50,348 nt of DNA. Source: Girardia tigrina (lineage: Eukaryota). The notes under the pieces are model-generated. The model ran no database searches. It was not told the origin of the DNA and saw nothing but the letters and a program-made list of their open reading frames with translations. The DNA lies in NCBI GenBank assembly GCA_001938485.1, contig MQRK01212342.1:1-50348 (forward strand). Reading direction: 5' to 3'. Both the position numbers and the translations under genes were made by a program. Position 1 is the stretch's first letter; every line of letters starts with the position of its first letter. Positions 25,001 to 34,247 of this stretch are shown here, one piece after another.

Positions 25001-28000
25001 AAACGACTTAATCGCTTATCCGAAAATTAATTATTTATTTAATTGAGAAACTTATATCTAAGGATAAAATATTATTAATAATTCTTTTCAAACATAATAT
25101 ATTTGGACAGTAATTATAAGATCTTAAATAATGAGCTAATTACGATATCATAATGAAATTTGAAGAACAAATACAATATTTTCTCTTTTATTTGTCGAAA
25201 ACAACAATAAAAATCGTGCATTTATTTGGATGCAAAGGTTAATAGATTTGTTATACTTCTTACTTTTAATTTGCGACGCTGAATATATAATAAAAATTAA
25301 ACTACGTTATTCGTCACAACACAAAACTATAATAATAATAATATAAAAATCAAATCTTTATAACAATAAAATTAAACAAACCAAAATAAATAATTACAAT
25401 AGTAAATATAATAATAATGATATAAAGTGTGACCTAAATCTTTTAATACTCAAACATTGTCAAGTGTAGTGCCTTACTTACTGTAGTGCCTTACTTGCTT
25501 ACTATCCATGATTTAGTTTGGCGCCTCTGCTGGTGTCTTTTTTTTGTATTGCTGAATTGTTGTGATTTCTCATGATTTGGGGTTGCCGGGTGTGTGCGTG
25601 TGTGACGGTTTTATTTTTGTTTTTTTTGCAACCATGTATTGCTTTTATTTACTTTTATATTTTTTATTTATATTTTTATTTTTTTTAAATTTTATTTACA
25701 TGAAGAAAAAAAGAAATTAAGACAATAGACAAATGAAAGCACAAGATCACAGAAATAACAAAAAAGAGAAATTTTACCCTAATTTATAATTATAATAATT
25801 AAATTGTATTGCAGAATAAATTATGAAATTCAAATTGCAATTAATACTATCGATCTGCAGATTTGAATTCATAATTAGTCTGACAACGAAAATTAATTAT
25901 TACCTACCACCAGATATTCCTCGACAATAAAAAAAATCAAATACAGAAATAATAAGTTATAATTGACTGGCAATAAAAGAAGCTTAACAACAAATTAATA
26001 CCGGTTTTTATCACGAACAGCAGACTGTTTTCAATCTCATCCAATTCATTTTAAAGAATTTTTGTTACATTTCGCTTATTGACAATTCTCAGTAGTTTTT
26101 CAATCTTTTGTTATTCGACCAACACTCGACATTGCTATACCTATCCTGTATATATAACCGTTGCGAAAGACGTTAATAAATTTGCTCCGGCTTTTATTAC
26201 GAACAGCAGATTGTTTTCAATCCCGTGAGTTATATATATTAAAGTTATTAAAGTTGTTATACAAATTATAGTGTTTGTAGTTAAAATGGATTTGTATTTT
26301 TATTTATCTGTTAATTTAATTTTTATTGGTAACCATCTAAACAGGTTCAGCAAACTATTTTTAGTTTGTTTAACCTGGTTAGGTCCACCTTCACGATTGT
26401 AAATAAAAATAACGGATTCACCTTTTTGTGATTTGAGGATTGAATTCTTTTATTTTTATATCAAGTATTAAATAAATTATTTTTTTATTTATTTTCTTTT
26501 ATGTCAAGTTGATTTTTTATTAAATATATTGGATTGGTAACTAAGTAATTGCCGATTTTAGTTATAGATGTCTCTCACTCCCATTATCCGTAAGTGTTAC
26601 GAAATTTTTCTTCTTACATATGTAAACTGTCATCCTAACCTAGCTTTACAAATTCATTGTGTATATATTTTCTTAAAGTTTTTTAAAGATTTCCATAATT
26701 AATATAATAATCAATAATTAGTATGGTTTGTAAAAATGAACATTTTCTCCATTTTTGCTTTATTATTTCCGTAAAGGAAGGAACCCAGTGCAAGCCGCCA
26801 GAAAGTTACGTGATGATGTGTCAAAATTGTTCTTCAAAACTGAACATTTACAGTTTTGAAGAAAAATTTTGACACATATCATGGGAGGATAGTCACTGAG
26901 GCATTATTAATAAAGCATTTAAAACCATGCTTAAATGTTCAAAGTGAATTATCCAATCATATTAAAATCTTTTAATATTAATTAAAAAAAAGATTAATTG
27001 CATAATAGTCAATGTACCATATAAATGACTTGTAATTTGAAATTTACTTCACAACTGATGATGCCGTAATGGCGAAATATGTTTTGAGAAATAAAAAACT
27101 TTTAAAATGGTGTTTGTTATTCATATTTTTTACATATAAATTGCCATTAAATCTTAATGTTATATATATATATATAAATTTTAAATTCATATATTAGGGT
27201 GATGCATAAATTTCCTACCATTTTTAATTAAAGCTAATTATTTTTTAAAGTAAAGTGGCGTATGATTAATCTTCAAAGTATAATTAGTACAATTCAAAAT
27301 ATTAAAATTTAAGCAAGAATTTTTAGACTAAAAATATATTTTATAAAAATTAAATATTTTAAATTTCAGTCTAAAATGAGAATTTTATTGTTTAAATATT
27401 AAAATAAAAATGCAAATTTTATAGGAATTTTAATTTAAAATGAAAAATTTAGTTTACGTGTTAATTTTAAATAAAGATTTTTTAAAAAATAAAATTTTTT
27501 AATAATAAATAATGGAAAAGTTTAAGATTTTAAAAAAATATGTTTACTTATTAAAATTGAAACTTTATAATTGAAATACTTCTGATATGAAGATTTTTAA
27601 AGAATGAATTAAAAAGTAAGTTTTAACAAAATCTTTAAGGGATAAATTTTAATGAAAGAAAGATTTAAAAATAATTTTGTAAATTAAAAAAAAACAAATA
27701 ATAAATTAGGTATTCGTATTTATACTACATTATCTTTATATATTAAATGTTTGTGGAAAAGAAAAATTGTTCAAAAAATATGCAAATATTATATTAATAA
27801 AATTTNNNNNNNNNNNNNNNNNNNNNNNNNNNNNNNNNNNNNNNNNNNNNNNNNNATATATATATATATATATATCATTTAATTGATTTCAAATAGTAAA
27901 AAAAACGAAGAAATATCTTTCAAGTAACCATGAATTATGTGGCGTTTAGGAAATGAATTATCATGAACTTTTTGAAAATTATCTTTTATATTATTTAATA

Positions 28001-31000
28001 GCTTTTCGGAAAATAATATCTCCATATCAGACATTTACTACAAGGCTGGGTCTAAATTCAAAAATTGTTGAATTACACACCAATGTGAGGTAGGGTCGAA
28101 GTAAGGTAACACTGGTCTAAATGCCATATGGACCAAACAATTACTAATGGTTACAAGAATAGTTTATTTTTCTTTTTTCGAAATTATAAATAATTTTAAA
28201 GAAATAAGAAATTTATGGAAAATGATTTGAATTACAAAATTACCATAGGAACTTCAGACGTCAGCTGTTCTAACGGAGATCCGGAGACAGAATTTATCAA
28301 TAAGGAATAATTAAATTTATTTTGGCCTGAAAATAATGTAAAATGTAATTCTGATAAAAGTCTAAATAATATTTTTATTCATAATTTAAGTCATTAAGAA
28401 ATAAAAAGATTAATTAGAAAATAAAACTTAATAGAAAATTATAACTTATTGGTATTTCTCCGAATATTGTTATCCTGAATCCCTTTCGCAAAATATTTAT
28501 TCTATGTATTTAAAAAACGGTATTATACTGTATTAATCTCTGAATTTCGATATCAAGGAAAAAATTAAAAATAAAAATGGAAATACAGGGTTGTCAACTA
28601 AGATTTTTCCGAAAATAACAAAAACTATCATCATCAGCCAAGTGTTCAAAATAGCAGCTATTATTGTCAATACAACGTTGCCAACGTCCTGGCAACTTAT
28701 TGATACTATTCTCGAAGAAGGATCCGGCCTTGGTGGTCAACCACTCCCGAAGTTTCTCCTGAACCTCCACAGAAGATGCAAAGTTCTGACCTTTCAAAGC
28801 TCCTTTCATTGGTGAAAATAGATAGTAGTCCGAAGAAGCCAGATCCGGCGAATAGGGGGGATGTCGCAGAATGTTTAGATGCATTTCAGCAATCTTGGCC
28901 TGGGTGAGATGTGCCGTATGGGGACATGCGTTGTCCTGAAGAAGGTACAGAAAACCGTCCGTGGTTTTCCGTCGTCATTTTACCAGGATATCAGTCTTCA
29001 GTTTTTCCTACAAACTGCAGTAGTATGATGCCGTCATGGTTTTTCCATTTTTTAACACATCCATCAAGATCACACCTTTCGAATCCCAGAAGACGGTAGC
29101 CAGATGCTTCCTCGTAGTTAACCTCACTTTGGATTCTGTAGCAGGCTCATCGCAACTTCCACGTAAAGATTTGTGAGTGTATGAGGATGTATTCTCCCAG
29201 AATACCCACATCTCATCCACAGTCACTATACGGTGCAGGAAATTGTTGCTGCGGTCCATAGCAAGCAGTTTTTCACACACAGACATTCTCTTTTCTTTAG
29301 TAGCTTCTGTTAAAACATGTGTAACCCACAAGTTGGTGAGGTAACGATTGTTTATTTTCATGAGATTCTGACGCATTGCTTCGTGTATAATTCGAATTTC
29401 TTGGACAATGAATCTCGTTGTGGCAAATTTTTTTTCCTCTAGAATTCGTTCTATATCTGCAGCCAGCTCATAAGAAGGTCGCCCACTGCAAACATTTTCA
29501 TTTACCTCGAAGTTACCGTTCTGGAATTTCTTTACCCAGTTGGAACATGTACGTGACGTAGTTGTTCCTTCTCCTAGTGTGTTTTTTATCTCTTTTGCAA
29601 TGTCTACAGCTGATAATTTACGCTTCCAACAATAGAAAATAAACTTTCTCACGTCTTCTCTGTTTAAATTCATAGTCTACTTTGAAAGATGGCAAAAATA
29701 TTGTAATATCGTATTACTCTAAATCAGTGGTCTCAAACTCAAGCTATAATGAGGGCCGTGTGTGACAAAAAAAACCATAAGGGCCGCATGACTGAAAAAT
29801 TTTCATACAATAATTCAAACACATAAATCTAGATGTTAAAAGGAAAATCTGTAATTTTATAAAACATTAGACTGCTAAAGTTAAGGATCATTAGATTTTA
29901 TTTTAATATTTTAGCATTCATTATGCTGCTTTCTTACATTAAAATACTAAAGTTAATGTTACTGTGAAATCAAGCCAATCATGATTTTAATTGTTAAATA
30001 AGTTTGGTTAAATTATAAATCTATGTTTTTTCGTTGCGGGCCGCCAAATATAACGCAGCGGGCCGCGTGTTTGAGACCCCTGCTCTAAATAAACAATTTT
30101 TAATTTATTGCATTTTTATTATGTAAACTGAAATAAATATTAATAAACTTTTGATAGTTATAATGTGTATTAATCATACAATATGCACACCAAATTTGGA
30201 TTTCTTAGCGGTCATATATCTCCAGATACAACGAAAAATGCATTGGAAAAAACTTAGTTGACAACCTTGTAAATTATCATTTTAATTTAAATAATTATTT
30301 AAATCATTAATTTAATTAAATGAAAAAATTTAAATGATTAAAATAATTTTTTAAATATGAATAATAGTATTACTAAATATTATGAAGAATAATAACAAAT
30401 TAATAATAATCTGTATCAAAATTTTTAAAGTTTTGGTACTTTGTGTAAATCTTACATATTTTAAATTTTTTCTCGTACAGTTGTTGTATAATCTTCGCAA
30501 ATAAAACGCTTTTTCGTTCAATTTTTTGTTTTTTATATTCAAGAAACTAAAGACTTAACTATCTCAGGATGAAACTACCGTTTATCAAATTACTTTTATA
30601 CATTATATGGGCACTATGAGGAATATTTTGAATGTTTGATGTTTTGTGTTTGAATGTTGTTTTGATTTGTAATTGTGTCTCCTACCCAGATAGATGATTA
30701 ATATTTTAATTATCATTATTTGAAAATATTTAATGTTTAAATTTATTTCTAATTTTAAAGTAATTGTAAAATTTTAAATAAGTTTATTAATTTTATTTAC
30801 AATTTTAAAATAAATAAATTGAATTAATATTTTAAAATAATTAATAATTATTTTAATTTTTAACCAATAAAATTTGGAGCAAATATTGTAAAAATTTATG
30901 TACATCGCTATTTGCTCAGATAATAAGATTAAAGTAATTAGACGGATGCAAACGTACGAAAGTTTTGACAAAGATTTTCCTGAGGACAATCCAACTTGTG

Positions 31001-33504
31001 GTATTAATAAAAATATTAAGTCATTTTGATGTTCTTAATAGGCCTCAAATTAAATACTGAAATTAAATTGGATAGAAAAAAAACACTATGAATCAAACTT
31101 TTATTAACAGCAATTAAAAAATTATTTATATTTTTTATAAAAATTTTTTAATGTCTTAAAATGTAAACCTAAGTTGTCAAAACTAGGCAAAACTCATATA
31201 GAAAGGAAATAAGTATTTTTTTTATTTTTATTTAAGTCAATTTACCGGAAAAATTTAAAAAATGTAATTAATCAATTTAAAATAAAATATTATTTTTATT
31301 GTTACTGCTGGTTTGGTTAATAAAAACAATTAAATACATAATTATTTTTGATAAGTCAATCTTATTATTGGTTGTTATAAGAGTTTTTTTTAAAAACGAA
31401 CAAATCCAGGAAATTTAAATAAATTATTGTATCAGATCAAACTGTATCAAAAAAAGAAACGGAAAGATTTCAAAGATCTCAAAAGTCTCAATATTCACAG
31501 TTTAGAAGTAATATTTTTAAAAAATGATTATTCAATACTCGGTGATTGTCTTCTTTTATGGTTGTAGAGAATGTGACTCTATGAAACAAAAATTAGAAGA
31601 TATTAAATTAATTCTTGAGCTTATAAAAATTAGAAACTTAAATAGTTCAAGCGAACAAATTGTGATATTGGTGAATTGCTAGCAAGAAATCTGAGGTATA
31701 ATATTATATTACTCCTAATTTGTGCAATCTAACGAATTTTTAAAGATTAAAATGCAAAATTATTGTTCAAAGAAGGCATGAATTTCTTTTTTTTGGATTG
31801 AAGATTAAAAAGTTTGGATGATTCAAGTGTTTTGTGCTGTTAATTTTTGTGTTTATTTCTATAGTTTAAATTTTTTAAATCTTTATTTTTTTGATTTTTA
31901 AAAGAAATCTTTTCATTTAATTTTTTTATCTTTTTAAAACACCTTAATGGTGGGATTTCGTCATTTTAATAGAATGATAATTGCGCGCTTTATTTTCGAA
32001 CAGATTGATATTTTCTACGTATTACTATTATATCAAATTTAAATAAATAACAGGAGTGTGTAATTGATCTGCTTTTAACAATCATTGTCTCAATAATGTC
32101 ATTTACAAAAACGATAAATAATTTTAAACAAATACTCTAACTTAGAGGATATTTTATCGTATTTTAGGGATAAATAATCTTAAAATTTCACTTTTTTATT
32201 AGGAAATGTATTTTTATTATGATTACAATGAAAGAGAATTTTGAGGTTCAACAAGTTCTTTGCTCACATCTATTTCTGGTAATAAAGAGTAACAAAATCT
32301 TAGACTTCCACTACTTTTGCCTTACAAAATTTTCGAACGAGTCCTAATTTATCAAAACAAGACGAAAACCATTTTAAAATAACTATAATTATTTCAATAA
32401 TTCTACTCAGATAAAGGATTACCATTCAATTAAAGGGAATTTTATTCCGAACTGTATCGACAGGTAATCTCTAAATTTCGCTATTTTCTTTATGAAACTT
32501 TTTGTCGGAAAATTTTCTGATTACAATAAAAAAGAATCTTAGTTTCGGCAAAAATTATAAAGTGCGCCCCGTTCTTATAATAAAGAGTAGCATAAACTTA
32601 GACTCCCTTAGCGTTGCGTGAATGTGAAGTTGTCAAAACTATTCAGAAATCCCTTTAAAAGGAAGTATTTCAGCCTATTTTAATGACCGAAGTCAAATTG
32701 TCAAGTATTTCTGGTTCCCAGAGGTTACATGTATAAATTCAAGTTATTTATCAATAAACCATTTCAGGTCACTTTAATTCCGAGTAGATACGATAATTCT
32801 GGCGGCATAAGTTTTTAGAGTATGTATATTTTATATTGCATTGAAACACAAAACATTAAATACATTAATTTAAATAAAAATGGGCTTATGCCACATTCAA
32901 AATAAACGGATCAATTATATTTTTATATATTATAAATTTATCACTAATATAAATTTGAAAAACAATGTAAATAAACGATTGAAAAATGAATATAATTATT
33001 GCAATAATTATATTCATAGAAACGATAAAGAATGACCAATAAATACCTCTAAATAAAGGTAATAAATCAAAAGAACATTGTCCGAGAATCTGAGATTTTT
33101 CTTCTTTCTGTTTTTTTTCTTTCGGTAAAATCTCGGTAATCGTCACTTAAATTAATTAGAGAAACAAAATAATTTAAAAAGATTTAATTAATGATAATTA
33201 CAGATAACAGGACGATAACTGACTTCATCGAGATGAGTGAAGTCATCAAATGGACATTGAAAAGATACATTGTAATTAAATACAGCAGGTTGATCGAGTG
33301 AACATTCGGTCTTCGGTGACTCACCGAGATTTTTGTCTCTAAATTCAACTTTCACTGTCGATGTCACAACATCACCTTTTATGCCCCTCTGTAATAGAAA
33401 ATAAATACCCACTTTAAAGGAACAATTAAAATGATAACTAGATTTTTAATTGTTAATATTTTGATATTAATTGATTCTGGTTGTCGAGTTGTTTCTTCGG
33501 TCAT
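621..33504 (-). CDS. CFAP70: CFAP70/TTC18 cilia- and flagella-associated protein 70, spliced (19 exons in window, 3' end beyond left edge)
   Basis: Exons join in frame through GT-AG introns (2404 nt). Peptides such as [58 protein letters not shown] and [15 protein letters not shown], plus TPR-like segments, match recalled CFAP70 sequence in order. Confidence 0.93.
760..894 (-). CDS. CFAP70: CFAP70 exon 18 ([24 protein letters not shown]...TSQ)
   Basis: ccag acceptor and GTAAAT donor; EMA..EA.K motif. Confidence 0.88.
951..2341. mobile_element. TIR element (Mutator/Phantom-like termini) with GC-rich unidentified interior
   Basis: GGTTCCCCGACAAAATAGCGATGATAAAATAGC at left is inverted relative to GCTATTTTGTCATCGCTATTTTGTCGGGTCACC at right; repeated GACAAAATAGCG units; no TSD found. 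Confidence 0.7.
1595..2168. repeat. Internal ~140-bp inverted repeat (1595-1734 / 2030-2168)
   Basis: Near-identical reverse-complement copies; also visible as the duplicated peptide [11 protein letters not shown]...ATTTGSF in opposite-strand ORFs. Confidence 0.9.
2471..2694. mobile_element. piggyBac-type MITE
   Basis: TTAA-CCCATTAACGCCGA...TCGGCACTAATGGG-TTAA; internal AAAAATTATG tandem repeats. Confidence 0.8.
2934..3049 (-). CDS. CFAP70: CFAP70 exon 17 (LIMYGIV...[11 protein letters not shown]...AWTCLG)
   Basis: TPR repeat; ttag acceptor and GTAAAT donor. Confidence 0.92.
3097..3416 (-). CDS. CFAP70: CFAP70 exon 16 ([13 protein letters not shown]...FAREAE...TPR region)
   Basis: Overlaps ORF 3087..3410; TPR-like WFDYGVYL...ECISLNPQH. 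Confidence 0.92.
4270..4700 (+). mobile_element. Degraded mariner transposase fragment
   Basis: TVYRLL...[15 protein letters not shown] resembles the mariner KLCARWVPHxL motif. Confidence 0.55.
5230..5789 (+). mobile_element. Mariner relic, 3' half with TIR
   Basis: [16 protein letters not shown] resembles YSPDLAPxDYHFF; ends TTCATACTTAATGACCTAATA. Confidence 0.75.
5820..5958 (-). CDS. CFAP70: CFAP70 exon 15 ([32 protein letters not shown]...ELQ)
   Basis: Highly conserved [11 protein letters not shown] motif; atag acceptor and GTCAGA donor. Confidence 0.93.
6005..6070 (-). CDS. CFAP70: CFAP70 exon 14 ([21 protein letters not shown])
   Basis: ttag acceptor and GTGAGC donor; phase 2/2 fits both neighbours. 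Confidence 0.83.
6120..6181 (-). CDS. CFAP70: CFAP70 exon 13 ([20 protein letters not shown])
   Basis: AV.DYH.Q motif; ttag acceptor and GTACTC donor. Confidence 0.88.
6284..6547 (-). CDS. CFAP70: CFAP70 exon 12 (GPPVKPP...[26 protein letters not shown]...SAEK)
   Basis: Overlaps and is in frame with ORF 6266..6526; ttcag acceptor and GTTATA donor. Confidence 0.9.
6598..6714 (-). CDS. CFAP70: CFAP70 exon 11 ([15 protein letters not shown]...KKPEKK)
   Basis: 39 open codons, phase 0/0; the donor GTTACA is weak, so the 3' boundary is less certain. Confidence 0.75.
7135..7680 (-). mobile_element. Putative solo LTR
   Basis: TGTAGT...ACTACA termini; one end (TGGGTCACTACA) is nearly shared with 35013-35211; no TSD confirmed. 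Confidence 0.4.
7963..8407. mobile_element. hAT MITE
   Basis: CAGTGTTGTCGCTAGG...CCTAGCGACGCTACTG TIRs; 8-bp TSD TATTTATT. Confidence 0.88.
9703..9764 (-). CDS. CFAP70: CFAP70 exon 10 ([21 protein letters not shown])
   Basis: Conserved VKRIRGA motif; ttcag acceptor and GTAAAT donor. Confidence 0.9.
10026..10057. repeat. (AT)n microsatellite
   Basis: Read directly. Confidence 0.95.
10100..11800. mobile_element. Cluster of heavily degraded mariner relics on both strands
   Basis: Minus strand: [22 protein letters not shown] (~11400) and [17 protein letters not shown] (~11060). Plus strand: VTGDE (~10285). Confidence 0.65.
12157..12226 (-). CDS. CFAP70: CFAP70 exon 9 ([23 protein letters not shown])
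   Basis: Conserved FHG..PLL.PG motif; taag acceptor and GTACAT donor. Confidence 0.9.
12442..12669. mobile_element. piggyBac-type MITE
   Basis: TTAA-CCTCTTGTGACC...GGTCACAAGAGG-TTAA; perfect 12-bp TIR. Confidence 0.88.
12960..14400 (-). mobile_element. Degraded mariner with both TIRs
   Basis: TTGTTCCATAAGTTC / GAACTTATGGAACAA inverted ends; minus-strand HTH remnant [10 protein letters not shown]. Confidence 0.72.
15106..16888 (+). mobile_element. hAT transposon, internally deleted, with disrupted transposase
   Basis: TIRs CAGTGTTTCCGCCA / TGGCGAAAACACTG; 8-bp TSD CTCTAAAC; GQGYDGAS-like, RW and [22 protein letters not shown] (hAT dimerisation) motifs with stops and frameshifts. Confidence 0.92.
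17275..17359 (-). CDS. CFAP70: CFAP70 exon 8 ([17 protein letters not shown]...GRK)
   Basis: Conserved WPVEI motif; acag acceptor and GTAATT donor. Confidence 0.9.
17412..17561 (-). CDS. CFAP70: CFAP70 exon 7 ([15 protein letters not shown]...[14 protein letters not shown])
   Basis: tcag acceptor and GTATGT donor; lies within ORF 17387..17596. Confidence 0.9.
17672..18287 (+). mobile_element. Mariner 5' half (truncated, frameshifted)
   Basis: TA-TTAGGTCGATGCATAAG TIR; [24 protein letters not shown] and IVTGDEKW motifs. Confidence 0.88.
18290..19450 (-). mobile_element. Mariner (DD34D) with frameshifted transposase
   Basis: [22 protein letters not shown] and [16 protein letters not shown] motifs; TIR TAGGGTTGCCTCATAAG at 18290; other TIR not found. 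Confidence 0.88.
19613..19740 (-). CDS. CFAP70: CFAP70 exon 6 ([19 protein letters not shown]...IYIPN)
   Basis: ttag acceptor and GTTTGT donor; open frame with correct phases. Confidence 0.85.
19799..19975 (-). CDS. CFAP70: CFAP70 exon 5 (PLVDVEIS...SLPISND)
   Basis: ccag acceptor and GTAAAT donor; lies within ORF 19790..20005. Confidence 0.88.
20452..20596. mobile_element. Small TIR MITE
   Basis: GATAACTCCTAAT...ATTAGGAGTTATC inverted ends flanked by TTAA. Confidence 0.55.
22683..23481. mobile_element. Tc1-like element with two inverted 5' ends (contains assembly gap)
   Basis: TA-CAGTGCGGTTCATAAG...CTTATGAACCGCACTG-TA; ~190-bp inverted arms run into the ATG; minus-strand paired-like HTH with RSGRP; plus-strand DDE piece CFSKFGVG...GNLNVEKYQ. 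Confidence 0.88.
22876..22969. other. Assembly gap (94 N)
   Basis: Run of N. Confidence 1.
23511..23551 (+). ncRNA. Minimal type-I hammerhead ribozyme (Penelope pLTR)
   Basis: CTGAAGA-T-GGTGGA-AAA-TCCACC-GAAA-TATA-TT; palindromic loop III; stem I degenerate. Confidence 0.7.
23632..23909. mobile_element. hAT MITE resembling SPIN non-autonomous/URR1
   Basis: CAGCAGTTCGTCAAC...GTTGAGAACCACTG ends; 8-bp TSD CAATAGAC; internal blocks colinear with the recalled URR1 consensus. Confidence 0.85.
26815..27125 (+). mobile_element. Penelope-like element 3' fragment
   Basis: [29 protein letters not shown] (GIY-YIG C-terminus, homologous to ORF 22298) followed by a hammerhead and AATAAA. Confidence 0.78.
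27048..27090 (+). ncRNA. Minimal type-I hammerhead ribozyme (Penelope pLTR)
   Basis: TTCACAA-CTGATGA-T-GCC-GTAAT-GGC-GAAA-TATG-TT-TTGAGAA; stem I has 6 of 7 bases paired. Confidence 0.75.
27806..27855. other. Assembly gap (50 N)
   Basis: Run of N followed by (AT)n. Confidence 1.
28244..28326 (-). CDS. CFAP70: CFAP70 exon 4 ([28 protein letters not shown])
   Basis: tttcag acceptor and GTAATT donor; phases fit; GSPLE motif. Confidence 0.85.
28586..30269 (-). mobile_element. Full-length mariner (DD34D), disrupted transposase, carrying a nested hAT MITE
   Basis: TA-CAGGGTTGTCAACTAAG...CTTAGTTGACAACCTTG-TA; ORFs 29008..29673 and 28594..28884; 34 residues between the D of QDNA and the D of YSPDLASSD. 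Confidence 0.93.
29725..30082. mobile_element. hAT (Charlie/Buster-type) MITE nested in mariner
   Basis: CAGTGGTCTCAAAC...GTTTGAGACCCCTG; 8-bp TSD CTCTAAAT. Confidence 0.9.
33047..33145 (-). CDS. CFAP70: CFAP70 exon 3 ([33 protein letters not shown])
   Basis: Conserved CFAP70 motif; ttaag acceptor and GTATTT donor. Confidence 0.92.
33202..33388 (-). CDS. CFAP70: CFAP70 exon 2 ([16 protein letters not shown]...YRPVI)
   Basis: tacag acceptor and GTAATT donor; lies within ORF 33188..33412. Confidence 0.9.
33439..33504 (-). CDS. CFAP70: CFAP70 exon 1 ([22 protein letters not shown])
   Basis: ATG at 33504, 22 codons, GT donor at 33438, 50-nt intron, in phase with exon 2. Confidence 0.78.
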
Positions 33505-33524
33505 TTTTGAATTATTTAAATTAA

Positions 33525-33554
33525 ATCTCCATTAGCAATCAAAAATTTAAACAA
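33525..33554. promoter_or_regulatory. Degenerate RFX X-box with adjacent forkhead-like motif upstream of CFAP70
   Basis: ATCTCC-ATT-AGCAAT (33525-33539) resembles the X-box GTNRCC-n-RGYAAC; TTAAACAA follows; both lie 21-50 nt from the ATG. Confidence 0.45.
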
Positions 33555-34247
33555 CAGATTTTTTAAAATAATTTTGAACGAAAATTTTATTATTTTACTT
33601 TAAAAAGACCATTCAAAAATTGTTATTCTTTTTTATTTTTTTTAAATAATTATTAAATAAAAATCATTTTTTTATTGAAGAATTTAAAATTGGAAATTCA
33701 ATTGGTTTTACGAACCCATGCTTTTACTTAATTTATCAAATAAAACAAAATTTTACCGAAAATTTGAATTGTTTGATTATAACCATTGAAACTTCATGTT
33801 TAATGTTATTATTTTGAATAAAAATTTAATGATAAAAATTAAATATTTTCATAGAAAAATTTAAAATTGATTCTTAAGTTTAAAATGTTTTACAAACTTA
33901 AACTTGGATTTAACAAAATTTATAAATTAAAAATTAATTTTTTATATATAGTTTGTAAAAACTATTTTTCTTAGTTTTCAAGTATTATTAAATCTTTCAC
34001 TGCTCTTCACGTCTATATTCGCAAAAAATATGTACCTCAAATTCTTTGAACGCATATGGTTTCACCATTTTAAATTAGTTTTTTGCTGAACACAACATTT
34101 TCTGCTCTACATGAACAAAACACTCACTACATACTCGCATTACATTCTCAAACTGCTCAATACAAATTGTAGTATTACCAAAAGATATAATATTATATCA
34201 GTTAAATTATTTGTGTCATTAAAATTATTTATATTATATTTTTTTTG

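Noticed and set aside
25520-25536. TGGCGCCTCTGCTGGTG as a CTCF-like site or LTR primer-binding site
   Set aside because: It is one base short of the CTCF spacing, and no CA-ending LTR lies immediately upstream.
27194-27225. Lone mariner-like TIR TTAGGGTGATGCATAA
   Set aside because: No partner TIR or transposase is visible before the assembly gap.
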